From an uncultured Chloroflexia bacterium (GTDB lineage Bacteria; Chloroflexota; Limnocylindria; Limnocylindrales; CSP1-4), in assembly GCA_963806175.1 (NCBI GenBank), contig CAWDXA010000011.1, positions 23,227 to 87,226 of the forward strand: 64,000 nucleotides of DNA, read 5' to 3'. Position numbers and translations under genes: made by a program. The notes under the pieces were generated by a model. The model did no database searches, had not been told where the DNA came from, and saw only the letters and a list, made by a program, of their open reading frames with translations. Below are positions 46,861 to 57,355 of the stretch, one piece after another; the first letter of the stretch is position 1; each line of letters opens with the position of its first letter.

Positions 46861-47415
46861 TCAAGGCGTGCCGGTCACCTCGATGGTCCAGTCGCAGGGC
46901 GAGTCGACTTCGACCGTGAACGGGCCTGTCTCACCGTTGAGCGGCTCGTTGATCGTCTCCGAGCCGGTCGTGCCGAACGCGCTGGTGATGACGTCCGGCA
47001 ACACCGGGCTGCCGTTGGTGCCGTAGAAGTTGATGGTGAAGCTGTCGTCGGCGGTGCAGGCGAAGGTGTATGCGAGATCCACGCTGAGCCCAGTCGACTG
47101 GAATGGGTCCGACGTGGTCGGCCCGCTCCCCTTGATCGACAGGAGGCTTGTCCCGCCCGCAGTTGGCGACGGGGCGTCTGACTCGACGAGGCCGGAATCC
47201 TGCCCCTGGGAGGCGACGGCATCGGTTGGGGCCGTCGAGCCGGTGAAGGCCTTCTCCCGACTGATGGCCGACCCGACGGCGGCAAGGGCCACGAAGATGC
47301 CGATGACGCCGATCGTGATGTTCCGGGACCAATGGGACGGCTTCTTGGGTGGATTCCGCTGACGGCGAGCCGGGGCGGGCGGCACGACCGTCGATGGCGT
47401 CCCTTGCTCTGTCAC
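46861..47415 (-). CDS. membrane-anchored secreted hypothetical protein
   Basis: GTG start VTEQG..; TM anchor NITIGVIGIFVALAAVG; Ser/Thr-rich linker; C-terminal about 100-aa domain with 2 Cys; ORF-track start 47712 would overlap GH130 gene by 126 nt. Confidence 0.45.
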   Translation of the reverse strand: MTEQGTPSTVVPPAPARRQRNPPKKPSHWSRNITIGVIGIFVALAAVGSAISREKAFTGSTAPTDAVASQGQDSGLVESDAPSPTAGGTSLLSIKGSGPTTSDPFQSTGLSVDLAYTFACTADDSFTINFYGTNGSPVLPDVITSAFGTTGSETINEPLNGETGPFTVEVDSPCDWTIEVTGTP

Positions 47416-47585
47416 GAAGAACCTCCATGCCTGCGCGAGGCTCCGCACCGCCCTGACGAACGCGCCTTGCCGCGGGCGTCTTGCATGCCACCTGTCCCGA
47501 ATCTCCACCCTGGTAGCGGTTCCCAGAAGGGCCAAATGACCCGTAGGGGTCCTGCGCGGAGCCTGACTGGGGCCAGCGCCCCATG

Positions 47586-48542
47586 TCAGCCCTCGCTCCG
47601 CAGCGAGTCCAGGATCTCTGACAGGTAACCGTGGGCGAGACAGGTGACGGTGTCCGCGGCGCCGTAGTACACGGTCAGCCGGGCGGTCGCGTGATCGACC
47701 AGGGCCGCGCATGGGAAGACCACGTTGGGGACATCACCGACCTGTTCGTAGGGGACCTGCGGGCTCAGCAGGTAGTCCCGCCCGCGGGCGATGACCCGCC
47801 ACGGTTGCTCGAGATCGAGCAACGCTGCCCCCATGGAGTAGACGAAGCCGTTGCACGAGGTCAGCACCCCGTGGTACAGGAGCAGCCAGCCCTCGGCGGT
47901 TTCGATCGGGGTCGGCCCGGCACCGATCTTGGTTGAGGCCCAGGTCCAGGCGACGGGAGCCATGACGTGGCGATGGCGGCCCCAGTGGACGAGGTCCGGG
48001 CTCTCCGAGTAGAAGATGTCGCCGAATGGAGTGTGGCCGGTGTCGGACGGACGGCTGAGCATCGCGTACGCCCCACCGATCCGGCGCGGGAACAGGACGC
48101 CGTTGCGGTTGAACGGCAGCAACGCGTTGTCGAGCTGGTGGAAGGTCACGAAGTCCGTGGTCCAGCCGAGCCCGATGGTCGGCCCGTGATAGCCGTTGCA
48201 CCAGCTGACGTAGAAGCGGTCCTCGAGCCAGGTCACACGCGGGTCGTAGGCGTGCTCGAACGGGCCGGTCAGCTCGGCGACACGCTCGTCGGCAGGCTCG
48301 AACCGGATCGGCTCGGGATCGAGCCGCCAGGCGATGCCGTCCTCGCTTCGGCCGGCGTGCAGATTCATCGCTCGTGACCGGTCGTCGACCCGGAAGACCC
48401 CGGCATACCCGTCCTCGAAGGGCACCACGGCGGAGTTGAAGATGCTGTTGGAGCGGGGCAGCAGATCGCGCGGGATGATCGGGTTGCGGCTCGAGCGCCA
48501 TAGCAGGTCGCGGCTCCCGGCCGGCCGTTCTTCCCACGGCAT
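47586..48542 (-). CDS. glycoside hydrolase family 130 (beta-1,4-mannoside phosphorylase/glycosidase-like)
   Basis: Start [27 protein letters not shown]; GH130-like blocks [44 protein letters not shown]. Confidence 0.8.
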   Translation of the reverse strand: MPWEERPAGSRDLLWRSSRNPIIPRDLLPRSNSIFNSAVVPFEDGYAGVFRVDDRSRAMNLHAGRSEDGIAWRLDPEPIRFEPADERVAELTGPFEHAYDPRVTWLEDRFYVSWCNGYHGPTIGLGWTTDFVTFHQLDNALLPFNRNGVLFPRRIGGAYAMLSRPSDTGHTPFGDIFYSESPDLVHWGRHRHVMAPVAWTWASTKIGAGPTPIETAEGWLLLYHGVLTSCNGFVYSMGAALLDLEQPWRVIARGRDYLLSPQVPYEQVGDVPNVVFPCAALVDHATARLTVYYGAADTVTCLAHGYLSEILDSLRSEG

Positions 48543-48728
48543 GGCCGGGCCCGCGGCCGCCGAGGGTGCCGATTCCGATCGCGCGAGTCCGTCTGGCACA
48601 CCGCCTCCTGCCCGTTCGATGTGAGCGCTCCCGGCCAAATCTAGGTTGTGGCGAAGGTTGCCAAATAGGGCCAAATGACCCTATGCGACCCCATCCGCAC
48701 CGCCTAGCTTGGGAGCGCTTCCAAGTCT

Positions 48729-49802
48729 GTGCCGCAGGAGTGGGCTGTGGTGGTCGGAAAGGCCTCGGATGGGGCTCCGGACGAGCGGCACGTAGCCCGC
48801 ACTCTCGACGACCTGGCGGCGCTCACGGGCGTATCACGCGCAACGGTGTCGCGGGTCATCAACGGCGGGTCCGCGGCGGAGTCCACCAGGCGCCACGTGC
48901 AGGAAGTGCTCGCCAGGACCAGCTACCGGCCGAATGCTGCCGCTCGCAAGCTGGCCTCCGGACGGTCGGGCGTGGTCGGCGTCGTCGTGCATGTCGACCC
49001 TCACCTGTTGTTCCCCGACCCCTACTTCTCCCAGTTGCTGCAGGGGATCACGGACTATCTTGCCGAGCAGGGCGCCGGCATGATGCTGTGGCTCGGCAAC
49101 CGGACCAAGGAGCAGACCCTCGACCACGTCCTCGGGATGAGCTTCCTCGACGGCGTGATCATCTCGGCGCACACCCTCGAGGATCCGGTCGTTGACGGCT
49201 TGCTCTCATCGGGTCTTTCGACGGTCCTGATCGGGCACCGCCGCGCCGACCGAAGCGCGAGCTATGTCGACATCGACAACGAGCAGGCGGCCGACGCCGT
49301 CACGACCCACCTGATCTCGATCGGCCGGACGCGGGTCGGCCACATCACCGGCAGCCGTGGGACGGTCGCCGGCGAAGACCGCGTGGTCGGCTATCAACGT
49401 GCGATGCGGCGGGCGGGCCTGCGGTTCGATCGTCTCGTCATTGACGGCGACTTCACCCGCCAGTCGGGCGTCACCGCCGCGGCCGAACTCCTCGAGCTGG
49501 GCGTCGACGCCATCTTCTGCGCGAACGACGCATCTGCGAGTGGGGCGCTCGAAACGATCCGCGCGAGCGGGCTCAGGGTCCCGGACGACGTCGCGCTGGC
49601 TGGCTTCGACGACGTCGACTTCGCCGTCCATCTCGATCCGCCGCTGACCACCGTGCGCCAGGCGCTGCGCCAGCACGGAGTGGAGGCCGCCCGGGCCCTG
49701 TTGCAGCTCCTCGGCGATCCGGGCCGCGCACCTCGACGGGTGCTCATGCCTACGGAGCTGGTGATCCGCCAATCGAGCGTGGGAGGTGTGCCTCACGAGT
49801 GA
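48729..49802 (+). CDS. LacI-family transcriptional regulator
   Basis: GTG start; HTH LDDLAALTGVSRATVSRVINGG; sugar-binding domain. Confidence 0.85.
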   Translation: MPQEWAVVVGKASDGAPDERHVARTLDDLAALTGVSRATVSRVINGGSAAESTRRHVQEVLARTSYRPNAAARKLASGRSGVVGVVVHVDPHLLFPDPYFSQLLQGITDYLAEQGAGMMLWLGNRTKEQTLDHVLGMSFLDGVIISAHTLEDPVVDGLLSSGLSTVLIGHRRADRSASYVDIDNEQAADAVTTHLISIGRTRVGHITGSRGTVAGEDRVVGYQRAMRRAGLRFDRLVIDGDFTRQSGVTAAAELLELGVDAIFCANDASASGALETIRASGLRVPDDVALAGFDDVDFAVHLDPPLTTVRQALRQHGVEAARALLQLLGDPGRAPRRVLMPTELVIRQSSVGGVPHE

Positions 49803-49873
49803 GTCGCGTTGAGCGGTCTGCAACGCAGGTGTCGCCGCTTCGATCTCCGAAGGCGGCATGAAGGAGGAAGTAC

Positions 49874-51595
49874 ATGGGTCCAAAGCGAAGACTGGTCGTC
49901 TTGCTGGCAAGCGTGAGCTTGCTTGCGGCGATCTTCCCGGCCGCGACCGGCGCGGCACAGGTCATTCCGACCTCGTATCCGCGCAGCGAGACGCTCTACA
50001 CGGGCGGCAGCATGTGGGGCCCGCCCACCAACTTCAACCCGGTCGCCGCCGGCTACGTGACCGGAACGCTGGGGCTGCTCTACGAGACGCTGTTCCTGTA
50101 TAGCCCGATCAATGACAAGTTCACCCCCTGGCTGGCCCAGAGCGGCAGCTGGACGGGCGCCAAGGAATACACCCTGAAGCTGCGCTCGGGGCTCACCTGG
50201 AGTGACGGGCACGCCCTGACGGCTGACGACGTCATCTACACGTTCAACCTCGGCAAGCTCTCGTCGGTTCCCTACAGCACGCTCTGGACCTTCCTCCAGA
50301 GCGTCACGAAGGTCGACCCGTTGACGGTGAAGTTCACCTTCTCCAAGGCCCTCTACCAGGAGTGGTCGAACTCGCTGTACACCGTGGCGATCGTGCCGGC
50401 GCACATCTGGGGAACGCGAACGGCCACCGACGTCCTGACCTTCAACGCGAGCCCTTCGGACCCCTCGAAGGTCGTGGGAAGCGGCGCCTATCAGCTCCTG
50501 ACCTATGACACGACAAAGGTCGTGTGGGTCAAGAACGACACCTGGTGGGGCAAGTCGATCGGCCTGGACGTCAAGCCCAAGTACATCATCGACCTCGTCA
50601 ACATCAGCAACAATGTCGCGCTCGGCCAGATGATGGCGGGCCAGTACGACCTCAACAACAACTACCTGCCCGGGATCTCGAGCATCGTCACCGGCGGCTA
50701 CGGCATCACGACCTACTATCCGAAGGCGCCGTACATGCTCGCCGCCAACACGGCGTGGCTGGCCACGAATGACATCAAGAAGCCGATGAATGACAAGGTC
50801 TTCCGGCGGGCGCTGGCGGAGTCCATCGACGTCCGCCCGATCGTGAACAACGTCTACGGCAACATCGTCGCGGCCGCCAACGTGACCGGTCTGCTGCCGA
50901 TGTGGGACAAGTTCGTCGACAAGACGGTTGTCGCCAAGTACGGCTACAAGTACAACCCGACGGACGCCAAGAAGATCCTCACGGCGGCCGGCTACAAGAT
51001 GGGCAGCGACGGCTACTTCCGCAACAAGGACGGCTCGAAGATCGATCTCGAGCTCATCGTCCCGAGCGGCTGGTCGGACTGGATGGCGGCCGTCCAGGTG
51101 ATCGCCCAGAGCGCGAAGAAGGCCGGGATCAAGATCCATACCGCGTTCCCGTCCTATAACGATCGGACGAACAAGATCCAGAAGGGCACGTTCGATCTGG
51201 CCCTCGTCAACGACGCCCAGGTCGCCAATACGCCGTGGGCGTACTACAACTGGATGTTCCGCCAGCCGATCGCAGCGACGCAGATCGCAGGCAACGATGG
51301 TCGATACAAGAACGCCAAGCTCTGGAGTCTCGTCCAGCAGCTCGACGCGACGTCCACGAGCAACATCGCCGGGATGAAGGCGATCATGTCGCAGATCCAG
51401 ACGATCCAGCTCCAGGACCTGCCGATCATCCCGCTTTGGTACAACGGCATGTGGTCACAGGTGAGCAACGCCGTCTGGACCAACTTCCCCTCCTCGGCTG
51501 CGGGCAGCCCGCACTACGTCCCCGTGACGTGGAATGGCTACTGGAACATGGGCGCTGTGCTCATGCTGACGCAGCTCAAGCTCGCGGCTCACTAA
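49874..51595 (+). CDS. ABC transporter substrate-binding protein, family 5 (DppA/OppA-like; oligosaccharide/peptide)
   Basis: 573 aa; signal peptide LVVLLASVSLLAAIFPAATGAAQ; SBP_bac_5-like body. Confidence 0.85.
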   Translation: MGPKRRLVVLLASVSLLAAIFPAATGAAQVIPTSYPRSETLYTGGSMWGPPTNFNPVAAGYVTGTLGLLYETLFLYSPINDKFTPWLAQSGSWTGAKEYTLKLRSGLTWSDGHALTADDVIYTFNLGKLSSVPYSTLWTFLQSVTKVDPLTVKFTFSKALYQEWSNSLYTVAIVPAHIWGTRTATDVLTFNASPSDPSKVVGSGAYQLLTYDTTKVVWVKNDTWWGKSIGLDVKPKYIIDLVNISNNVALGQMMAGQYDLNNNYLPGISSIVTGGYGITTYYPKAPYMLAANTAWLATNDIKKPMNDKVFRRALAESIDVRPIVNNVYGNIVAAANVTGLLPMWDKFVDKTVVAKYGYKYNPTDAKKILTAAGYKMGSDGYFRNKDGSKIDLELIVPSGWSDWMAAVQVIAQSAKKAGIKIHTAFPSYNDRTNKIQKGTFDLALVNDAQVANTPWAYYNWMFRQPIAATQIAGNDGRYKNAKLWSLVQQLDATSTSNIAGMKAIMSQIQTIQLQDLPIIPLWYNGMWSQVSNAVWTNFPSSAAGSPHYVPVTWNGYWNMGAVLMLTQLKLAAH

Positions 51596-51678
51596 GGGCT
51601 AGCCCCGAGACCCGTCCCTCCCTCTGCACACAGAGGGAGGGACGGGGCCCTTCTCTCTGATCACTGCCCGGAGGCGTC

Positions 51679-52668
51679 GTGCGCCGCTATTTCCTGCGAA
51701 AGTTGGTCACCTACCTGCTGACGTTCTTCGTCGCGGTGACGGTCGACTGGATGATCCCGCGGTTCATGCCCGGTGACCCTGTGTCGGGAATGCTCGCGCG
51801 GATGAACCTGCAGCCCGATGCAGCCAACAGCATGATGGGCTACTTCCTGGGCGCATTCGGGCTCGATCAACCCATCTGGCAGCAGTACCTCAACTTCTGG
51901 GCCGCGCTCCTGCACGGTGACCTGGGCATCAGCGTGTGGTTGTTTCCGCAGCCTGTCACCCAGGTCATCATGGGAGCACTGCCGTTCACCCTGGCGCTGC
52001 TGATTCCCGCCATCATCCTGAGCTGGATCGCCGGCAACCAGTTTGGGGCGTATGCGGCCCGGCGGAAGCGATTTGATAACGTCCTGCCGATCGGCTACAT
52101 CCTGACCGCGACTCCGTACATGTGGCTGGGCATCCTGCTCGCCTGGGCGGTCGGGTCGGTGCTGAAGATCCTCCCCTTGGCCTATGCCTACGACCAGTCG
52201 ATGTCTCCGACGCTCACGTGGGAGTTCTTCCTGAGCGCCTACACCCACTGGGTTCTGCCGTTCCTCTCGCTCTTCCTGGTCATGTTCGGCGGCTGGGCGA
52301 TCGGGATGCGCAACATGATCATCTACGAGCTCGAGTCGGACTATGCGCACTGGCTGGAGGCGCTCGGCGCCCCGCAGGGCCTTGTCCGGCGCTACGCCTT
52401 CCGGAACGCGGTCCTGCCCCAGGTCACGGGCCTCGCGCTATCGCTTGGCGTGGTCGTCGCCGGCGCGCTGGTCACGGAGGTGGTGTTCGCCTACCCGGGC
52501 CTCGGATACCTGGTCCTCCAGGCCGTCCAGAACGAGGACTTCTTCCTGCTCCAGGGTGTCTTCCTGTTCGTGATCATCGGCGTGCTGGTGGCGAACTTCC
52601 TCATCGACATCGCCTATGTCGTGGTGGATCCGCGCACGCGCGTCGGGATGCAGGGGGGTGCGGGGTGA
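51679..52668 (+). CDS. ABC transporter permease (DppB/OppB-like)
   Basis: 329 aa, 6 TM, BPD_transp_1 fold. Confidence 0.85.
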   Translation: MRRYFLRKLVTYLLTFFVAVTVDWMIPRFMPGDPVSGMLARMNLQPDAANSMMGYFLGAFGLDQPIWQQYLNFWAALLHGDLGISVWLFPQPVTQVIMGALPFTLALLIPAIILSWIAGNQFGAYAARRKRFDNVLPIGYILTATPYMWLGILLAWAVGSVLKILPLAYAYDQSMSPTLTWEFFLSAYTHWVLPFLSLFLVMFGGWAIGMRNMIIYELESDYAHWLEALGAPQGLVRRYAFRNAVLPQVTGLALSLGVVVAGALVTEVVFAYPGLGYLVLQAVQNEDFFLLQGVFLFVIIGVLVANFLIDIAYVVVDPRTRVGMQGGAG

Positions 52669-53618
52669 GCATCCACGGCGAAGCACCTCTGCCGGCAGTC
52701 AACGATCCCGCGCATGGAGATGCGTCCCCGACCGTGCCCGAAGCGGTTGTCACACTCGGGCTGGCCCCGGTACGGCCGCGACGCGAGATCCTCTACTTCG
52801 CGCTGCGCGACAAGCGCATCCTCTTCGGCGCCGCAGTTGTCCTCTTCTTCCTGATCCTGTCCATCATCGGGCCCGTCCTCGATCCGACGGACCCCCAGGC
52901 GTTCGACGGCCCGACGGGCGCCCCGCCGAGCGCCGACTTCTGGTTTGGGACGACGACGTTCGGCGAGGATGTGTTCGCCCAGTTCGTCAATGGCCTGCAG
53001 GCCACGTTCCTGGTAGGGCTGCTGGGCGGCGGGCTCGCCGCCCTGGTCGGGATCTCGATCGGGTTCATCGCCGGCTACAAGGGCGGAATCGTGGACGAGG
53101 CCCTCAACATGATCACCAACATCGTGCTGGTCATCCCGACACTGGTCGTCCTCGTCGTCATTGCCGCCTTCTTGAGCGCGCGCGGGGTGGCGATCGAGGC
53201 GGCCTTCATCGGGCTGACCTCGTGGCCGTGGGCGGCACGGGCCATTCGCGCCCAGACCTTCTCGCTGCGGTCTCGCGAATTCGTCGACCTGGCGAATCTG
53301 AGCGGGCTGCCCGCCTGGAAGGTCATCTTCCGGGAGATCGCCCCGAATATGGGCTCCTACCTGTTCATGACCTTCATCCTGCTGTTCGGCAGCGCCGTCC
53401 TGATCGCTGCGACCCTGGACTTCATCGGGCTGGGGCCGACCGAGGGCATCTCGCTCGGGCTGATGATGAACAGTGCCGTGCTCTATAGCGCCCTGCAGTT
53501 GGGGCTGTGGTGGTGGTTCATCCCGCCGGGGTTGGGGATCACGGCGATCGTCGGCGCGTTGTACGTGATGAACGTCGGGCTCGACGAAATCTTCAACCCC
53601 AAGCTTCGGGAGACGTAA
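52665..53618 (+). CDS. ABC transporter permease (DppC/OppC-like)
   Basis: GTG start overlapping upstream stop (GTGA); 317 aa; ORF-track ORF 52122..53618 N-terminal extension is Arg/Gly-rich junk. Confidence 0.8.
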   Translation: MSIHGEAPLPAVNDPAHGDASPTVPEAVVTLGLAPVRPRREILYFALRDKRILFGAAVVLFFLILSIIGPVLDPTDPQAFDGPTGAPPSADFWFGTTTFGEDVFAQFVNGLQATFLVGLLGGGLAALVGISIGFIAGYKGGIVDEALNMITNIVLVIPTLVVLVVIAAFLSARGVAIEAAFIGLTSWPWAARAIRAQTFSLRSREFVDLANLSGLPAWKVIFREIAPNMGSYLFMTFILLFGSAVLIAATLDFIGLGPTEGISLGLMMNSAVLYSALQLGLWWWFIPPGLGITAIVGALYVMNVGLDEIFNPKLRET

Positions 53619-53622
53619 CGCG

Positions 53623-54573
53623 GTGAGCGTGCAGGTCAACGACCTCCGGGTCTACTACCGGACCCTGGCCGGCGATGTCAGGGCGCTCGACGGCGTCACC
53701 TTCAAGATCGCCGACGGCGAGATCATGGGGCTGGCCGGCGAATCCGGGTGCGGCAAGTCCACCCTCGGCAAGGCCCTGACCCATTTCGACAGCCGGATGC
53801 GCTATGTCGGCGGCGACGTGCTGATCGACGACGTCCCGCTGCCGATCATGGACTCCGACGCGATGGACGAGTTCCGGTTCTGGACCGTGTCGATCATCCC
53901 GCAGTACGCCATGAGCGCGATGAACCCGACGCGCAAGATCGGCAAGATGATCGCGGACCTCCTCGAATCCCGGGGCGAGGACGCGCCCGCGATGCGGCCC
54001 GAGATCGAGCGCCGGATCGAACTGGTCGGCCTCGGGCGCGACGTCCTCGACCGCTACCCGATCGAGTTGTCGGGCGGCATGAAGCAGCGCATGGTGATGG
54101 TCATCGCCACGTTGCTCAATCCGTCGCTGCTGATCGCCGACGAGATCACCTCGGCGCTCGACGTGTCCACCCAGAAGGCCGTGGCCGAGACGCTGATCCA
54201 ATTCCGCGACCGCGAGCTGGTCCGGACGATGATCGTGATCACGCACGACATGGCGATCCTGTCCGAGGTCGCCGACACGATCACCGTGATGTACGCGGGC
54301 AAGCTGGCCGAGAAGGCCGCGACCGATGTGATCATCGGGTCGCCGAAGCACCCGTACACCCGCCTCCTCATCTCGTCGCTGCCCGAGGTCGGGGTGCGCT
54401 ACGCGGACAAACGGCTGACCGGGATCCCCGGTAGTCCCCCGGGGCTCCTCGACCCGCCGGTCGGCTGCCGGTTCCAGGCGCGCTGCCCACTCGCGGACGC
54501 GCAGTGTCGCGAGGAGCCGCCGTTCATCGAAATCGAGCGCGACCACCACGTCGCCTGCTGGAAGGTGTCGTAA
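53623..54573 (+). CDS. ABC transporter ATP-binding protein (DppD/OppD-like)
   Basis: Walker A GESGCGKST, signature LSGGMKQR, C-terminal oligopeptide-ABC Cys motif (C..C..C). Confidence 0.9.
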   Translation: MSVQVNDLRVYYRTLAGDVRALDGVTFKIADGEIMGLAGESGCGKSTLGKALTHFDSRMRYVGGDVLIDDVPLPIMDSDAMDEFRFWTVSIIPQYAMSAMNPTRKIGKMIADLLESRGEDAPAMRPEIERRIELVGLGRDVLDRYPIELSGGMKQRMVMVIATLLNPSLLIADEITSALDVSTQKAVAETLIQFRDRELVRTMIVITHDMAILSEVADTITVMYAGKLAEKAATDVIIGSPKHPYTRLLISSLPEVGVRYADKRLTGIPGSPPGLLDPPVGCRFQARCPLADAQCREEPPFIEIERDHHVACWKVS

Positions 54574-54577
54574 CGCC

Positions 54578-55528
54578 GTGCTGACCCTCGAACACGTTTC
54601 CAAGGTCTACAAGGTCGGCACGTTCGGCGGCACGGACCTGGCCGCGGTGAAGGACGTCAGCTTCAACGTCGACGGCGGCCAGGTCGTCTCGTTGATCGGC
54701 GAGAGCGGCAGCGGCAAGACCACGATCGGGCGGATGATCCTGCGGCTCACCCACACGACGCGCGGCACGATCACGTTCGACGGCCAGGACGTCGTCAAGC
54801 TCCCGCGCCGCGGCTACTACCGGCTGGTCCAGGGGGTCTTCCAGGACCCGTTCAGCTCGTACAACCCGATCTTCAAGGCCGACCACGTCTTCGGCATGAT
54901 CCGCAGCGTCTACTTCCGTGGCATGCCCGACTCGGAGTGGGACGCCCGCGTCGAGGCGGCTCTCGAGGCGGTCGGTCTCGACCCGGCCCAGGTCCTGCAC
55001 AAGTACCCCCACCAGCTGAGCGGCGGTCAGCTCCAGCGGCTGCTGATCGCCCGCGCCCTGCTGCTGGACATCCGGCTCCTCGTCGCCGACGAGATCATCA
55101 GCATGCTGGATGCGTCGACCCGCATCGACGTGCTCAACCTGCTGGGCGACCTCAGGGCCCGCGGCCTGGGCATCCTGTTCATCACGCACGACCTGTCGCT
55201 CGGCTACTACAGCAGCCAGCGGACGCTGATCCTGCTCCGCGGCCAGATCGTCGAGATGGGCGCCACCGAGAAGGTCTACGGCAATCCGCTCCATCCCTAC
55301 ACGAAGATGCTGATCGCCTCGGTCCCGCTGCTCCACAAGAAGTGGCGCCAGGTCGAGGAGGAGATCGCGGCGACCGGACCGCGGGCCGCGGACGAGTGCG
55401 CGTATCACGACAGGTACCCGGCGGTCCACGGCACCGGTGGATCGGTGGCCGGGCAGCCGGCCCTCGCCGAGGTCGAGGAAGACCACTTCGTCGGCTGCAT
55501 CCACCCGTACATCAAGGGAACGTGCTGA
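54578..55528 (+). CDS. ABC transporter ATP-binding protein (DppF/OppF-like)
   Basis: Walker A GESGSGKTT, signature LSGGQLQR, Walker B LLVADEIISMLD. Confidence 0.9.
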   Translation: MLTLEHVSKVYKVGTFGGTDLAAVKDVSFNVDGGQVVSLIGESGSGKTTIGRMILRLTHTTRGTITFDGQDVVKLPRRGYYRLVQGVFQDPFSSYNPIFKADHVFGMIRSVYFRGMPDSEWDARVEAALEAVGLDPAQVLHKYPHQLSGGQLQRLLIARALLLDIRLLVADEIISMLDASTRIDVLNLLGDLRARGLGILFITHDLSLGYYSSQRTLILLRGQIVEMGATEKVYGNPLHPYTKMLIASVPLLHKKWRQVEEEIAATGPRAADECAYHDRYPAVHGTGGSVAGQPALAEVEEDHFVGCIHPYIKGTC

Positions 55529-55642
55529 CGGATCCACGGGCGGCTCCGACGTCATCGCCCCTGGCGAGGGCCCCGGGCGCCTGACACACGCCGGCTGCCC
55601 GCTGGACCCGGGCCCGCGATGCGTCAGAATATGGCGATGCAC

Positions 55643-56566
55643 ATGCGATTCGGGGCACAGCTCTGGTCACAGCAGACCAGCTGGGCCGACTTCCGCGACG
55701 CGGCCCTCGCCGCCGAGGCCGCCGGCTGGGACTCGGTCTGGACCTGGGATCACCTCATGGCGATCTTCGGACCCTGGGAGCAGCCGATCCTCGAGGGCTG
55801 GACCACGCTGGCCGGCGTCGGCGCGGTCACCAACCGGATCCGGCTCGGGCTCATGGTCGGTGCCAACACCTTCCGCAACCCCGGGCTCACGGCCAAGCTG
55901 GCGACCACGCTCGACAACGTGAGCGGCGGGCGCGCGGTGCTCGGCATCGGCGGCGCGTGGTTTGAGCGGGAGCACGAAGCCTTTGGCATCCCGGAGTGGG
56001 GGAGCGGCGTCGGCGATCGGCTGGACCGCCTCGACGAATCGGTCATGGTCATGCGCCGGCTGCTCGACGGCGAACGGTTCAGCCACACCGGTCGCTACTA
56101 CCAGCTGACCGACGCGCTCTGCCAGCCCCGCCCCATCCAGGCCCACCTTCCGATCCTGGTCGGTGGGTCCGGTCCCCGCAAGACGCTCCGGACCGTGGCC
56201 CTCCGGGCTGATGCCTGGAACACCTCGGGAAGCGTGGACGAGGTCCGCGACAAGCTCGCGATCCTCGACGAGCACTGCGCGGACGTGGGGCGCGACCGGG
56301 GCGACATCGAGCTGACGATCAGCTTTCCGATCGTGATCCGTGACGATCCGGCCGACGCGCGGGCCGCCTACGGTGCGATGCTCGCGGCGAATGGCGTCGA
56401 GGACATGCGCGGGGCGGTCGAATTGCTCGGCCCGCCCTCCCTGGTCGCCGACGCCATCCGGCCGTATCGCGATCTCGGGTTTCGGACGGTGATCGCCCGG
56501 CTGCCGGCACCGCACGATCGCGAGACCCTCGCGCGGATCGGCGAGGTCGACGCGCTCCTCGGCTAG
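55643..56566 (+). CDS. LLM-class (luciferase-like monooxygenase) flavin/F420-dependent oxidoreductase
   Basis: MRFGAQLWSQQ..WDSVWTWDHL.. TIM-barrel LLM hallmarks; upstream in-frame starts to 55619 possible. Confidence 0.8.
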   Translation: MRFGAQLWSQQTSWADFRDAALAAEAAGWDSVWTWDHLMAIFGPWEQPILEGWTTLAGVGAVTNRIRLGLMVGANTFRNPGLTAKLATTLDNVSGGRAVLGIGGAWFEREHEAFGIPEWGSGVGDRLDRLDESVMVMRRLLDGERFSHTGRYYQLTDALCQPRPIQAHLPILVGGSGPRKTLRTVALRADAWNTSGSVDEVRDKLAILDEHCADVGRDRGDIELTISFPIVIRDDPADARAAYGAMLAANGVEDMRGAVELLGPPSLVADAIRPYRDLGFRTVIARLPAPHDRETLARIGEVDALLG

Positions 56567-56830
56567 GTGCAATTCACGGACACGGACGTTGTTGACGAGG
56601 ACGTCCGCGACCGGACGGTCACGCAACTCCTCAGCTACGGACTGGTACGGACGAGATCTGCCCGGCGAACCGGGTCCGGCAGCCAGGTCCACGCTCAGCC
56701 GCAGGGCCGACACGGCTCGATCGGCGGGGACGCGCCGCGTACCAGTCTGCTGGTGCGGATCTGCGTCGAGCGAGGTGCCCGGCTCGGGTGTCGACAACCC
56801 TGATCGGCCATCACAGCCAGGCCCGTCGCG

Positions 56831-57355
56831 TCACGGGACATCGCGAAGGCGCCCCGTTTCGACCTCGTAAACCAGCCCGTGGACGGGCCCGTCCTTGATC
56901 CATGGATGGCTGCGGATCCGGCTGACCTGCGCACGCAGGTTGGCCTCGAGATCCTCGAACGCGCCGAGGGCGAGGTCCACGTCGGCCCCGGTTCGGGCGG
57001 CGATCTCCTGGCGGACCACATCGTCCCGGAACGTGAGCATCCCGCAACCGGTGTGCTCGATCACGATGACCTCCTCGGTCCCGAGGAGCTGCTGGCTGAT
57101 GACCAGCGAGCGAATCGCGTCGTCGGTGGCCAGACCGCCGGCGTTGCGGATGATGTGGGCATCGCCCGGCCGCAGGTCCAGGACGTCTTCGACGGAGATC
57201 CGGGCATCCATGCAGGCGAGGACCGCCAGCCTCCGCCCGGGTCGCGCGGGCAGCCCGGAGCGGTCGAATTGCGCCGCGTACCGCTCGTTCGCGGCCAGGG
57301 CGCTGGCATGCACGCTGCCGGGGACTTCAGTGGCCATCCGTGTTCGTTTGGACAT
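56831..57355 (-). CDS. beta-class carbonic anhydrase
   Basis: CxDxR (LACMDARI) and HxxCG (EHTGCGM) zinc-ligand motifs. Confidence 0.85.
   Translation of the reverse strand: MSKRTRMATEVPGSVHASALAANERYAAQFDRSGLPARPGRRLAVLACMDARISVEDVLDLRPGDAHIIRNAGGLATDDAIRSLVISQQLLGTEEVIVIEHTGCGMLTFRDDVVRQEIAARTGADVDLALGAFEDLEANLRAQVSRIRSHPWIKDGPVHGLVYEVETGRLRDVP

Noticed and set aside
49793-55642. Long minus-strand ORFs (49793..51139, 51661..52350, 52614..53639, 53593..54603, 54524..55642)
   Set aside because: Antisense to the five-gene Dpp-type ABC operon with canonical motifs on the plus strand.
56567-56830. 264-bp non-coding gap between LLM oxidoreductase and carbonic anhydrase genes, examined for riboswitch/sRNA
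   Set aside because: No recognisable conserved RNA motif or strong hairpin series could be identified by eye.
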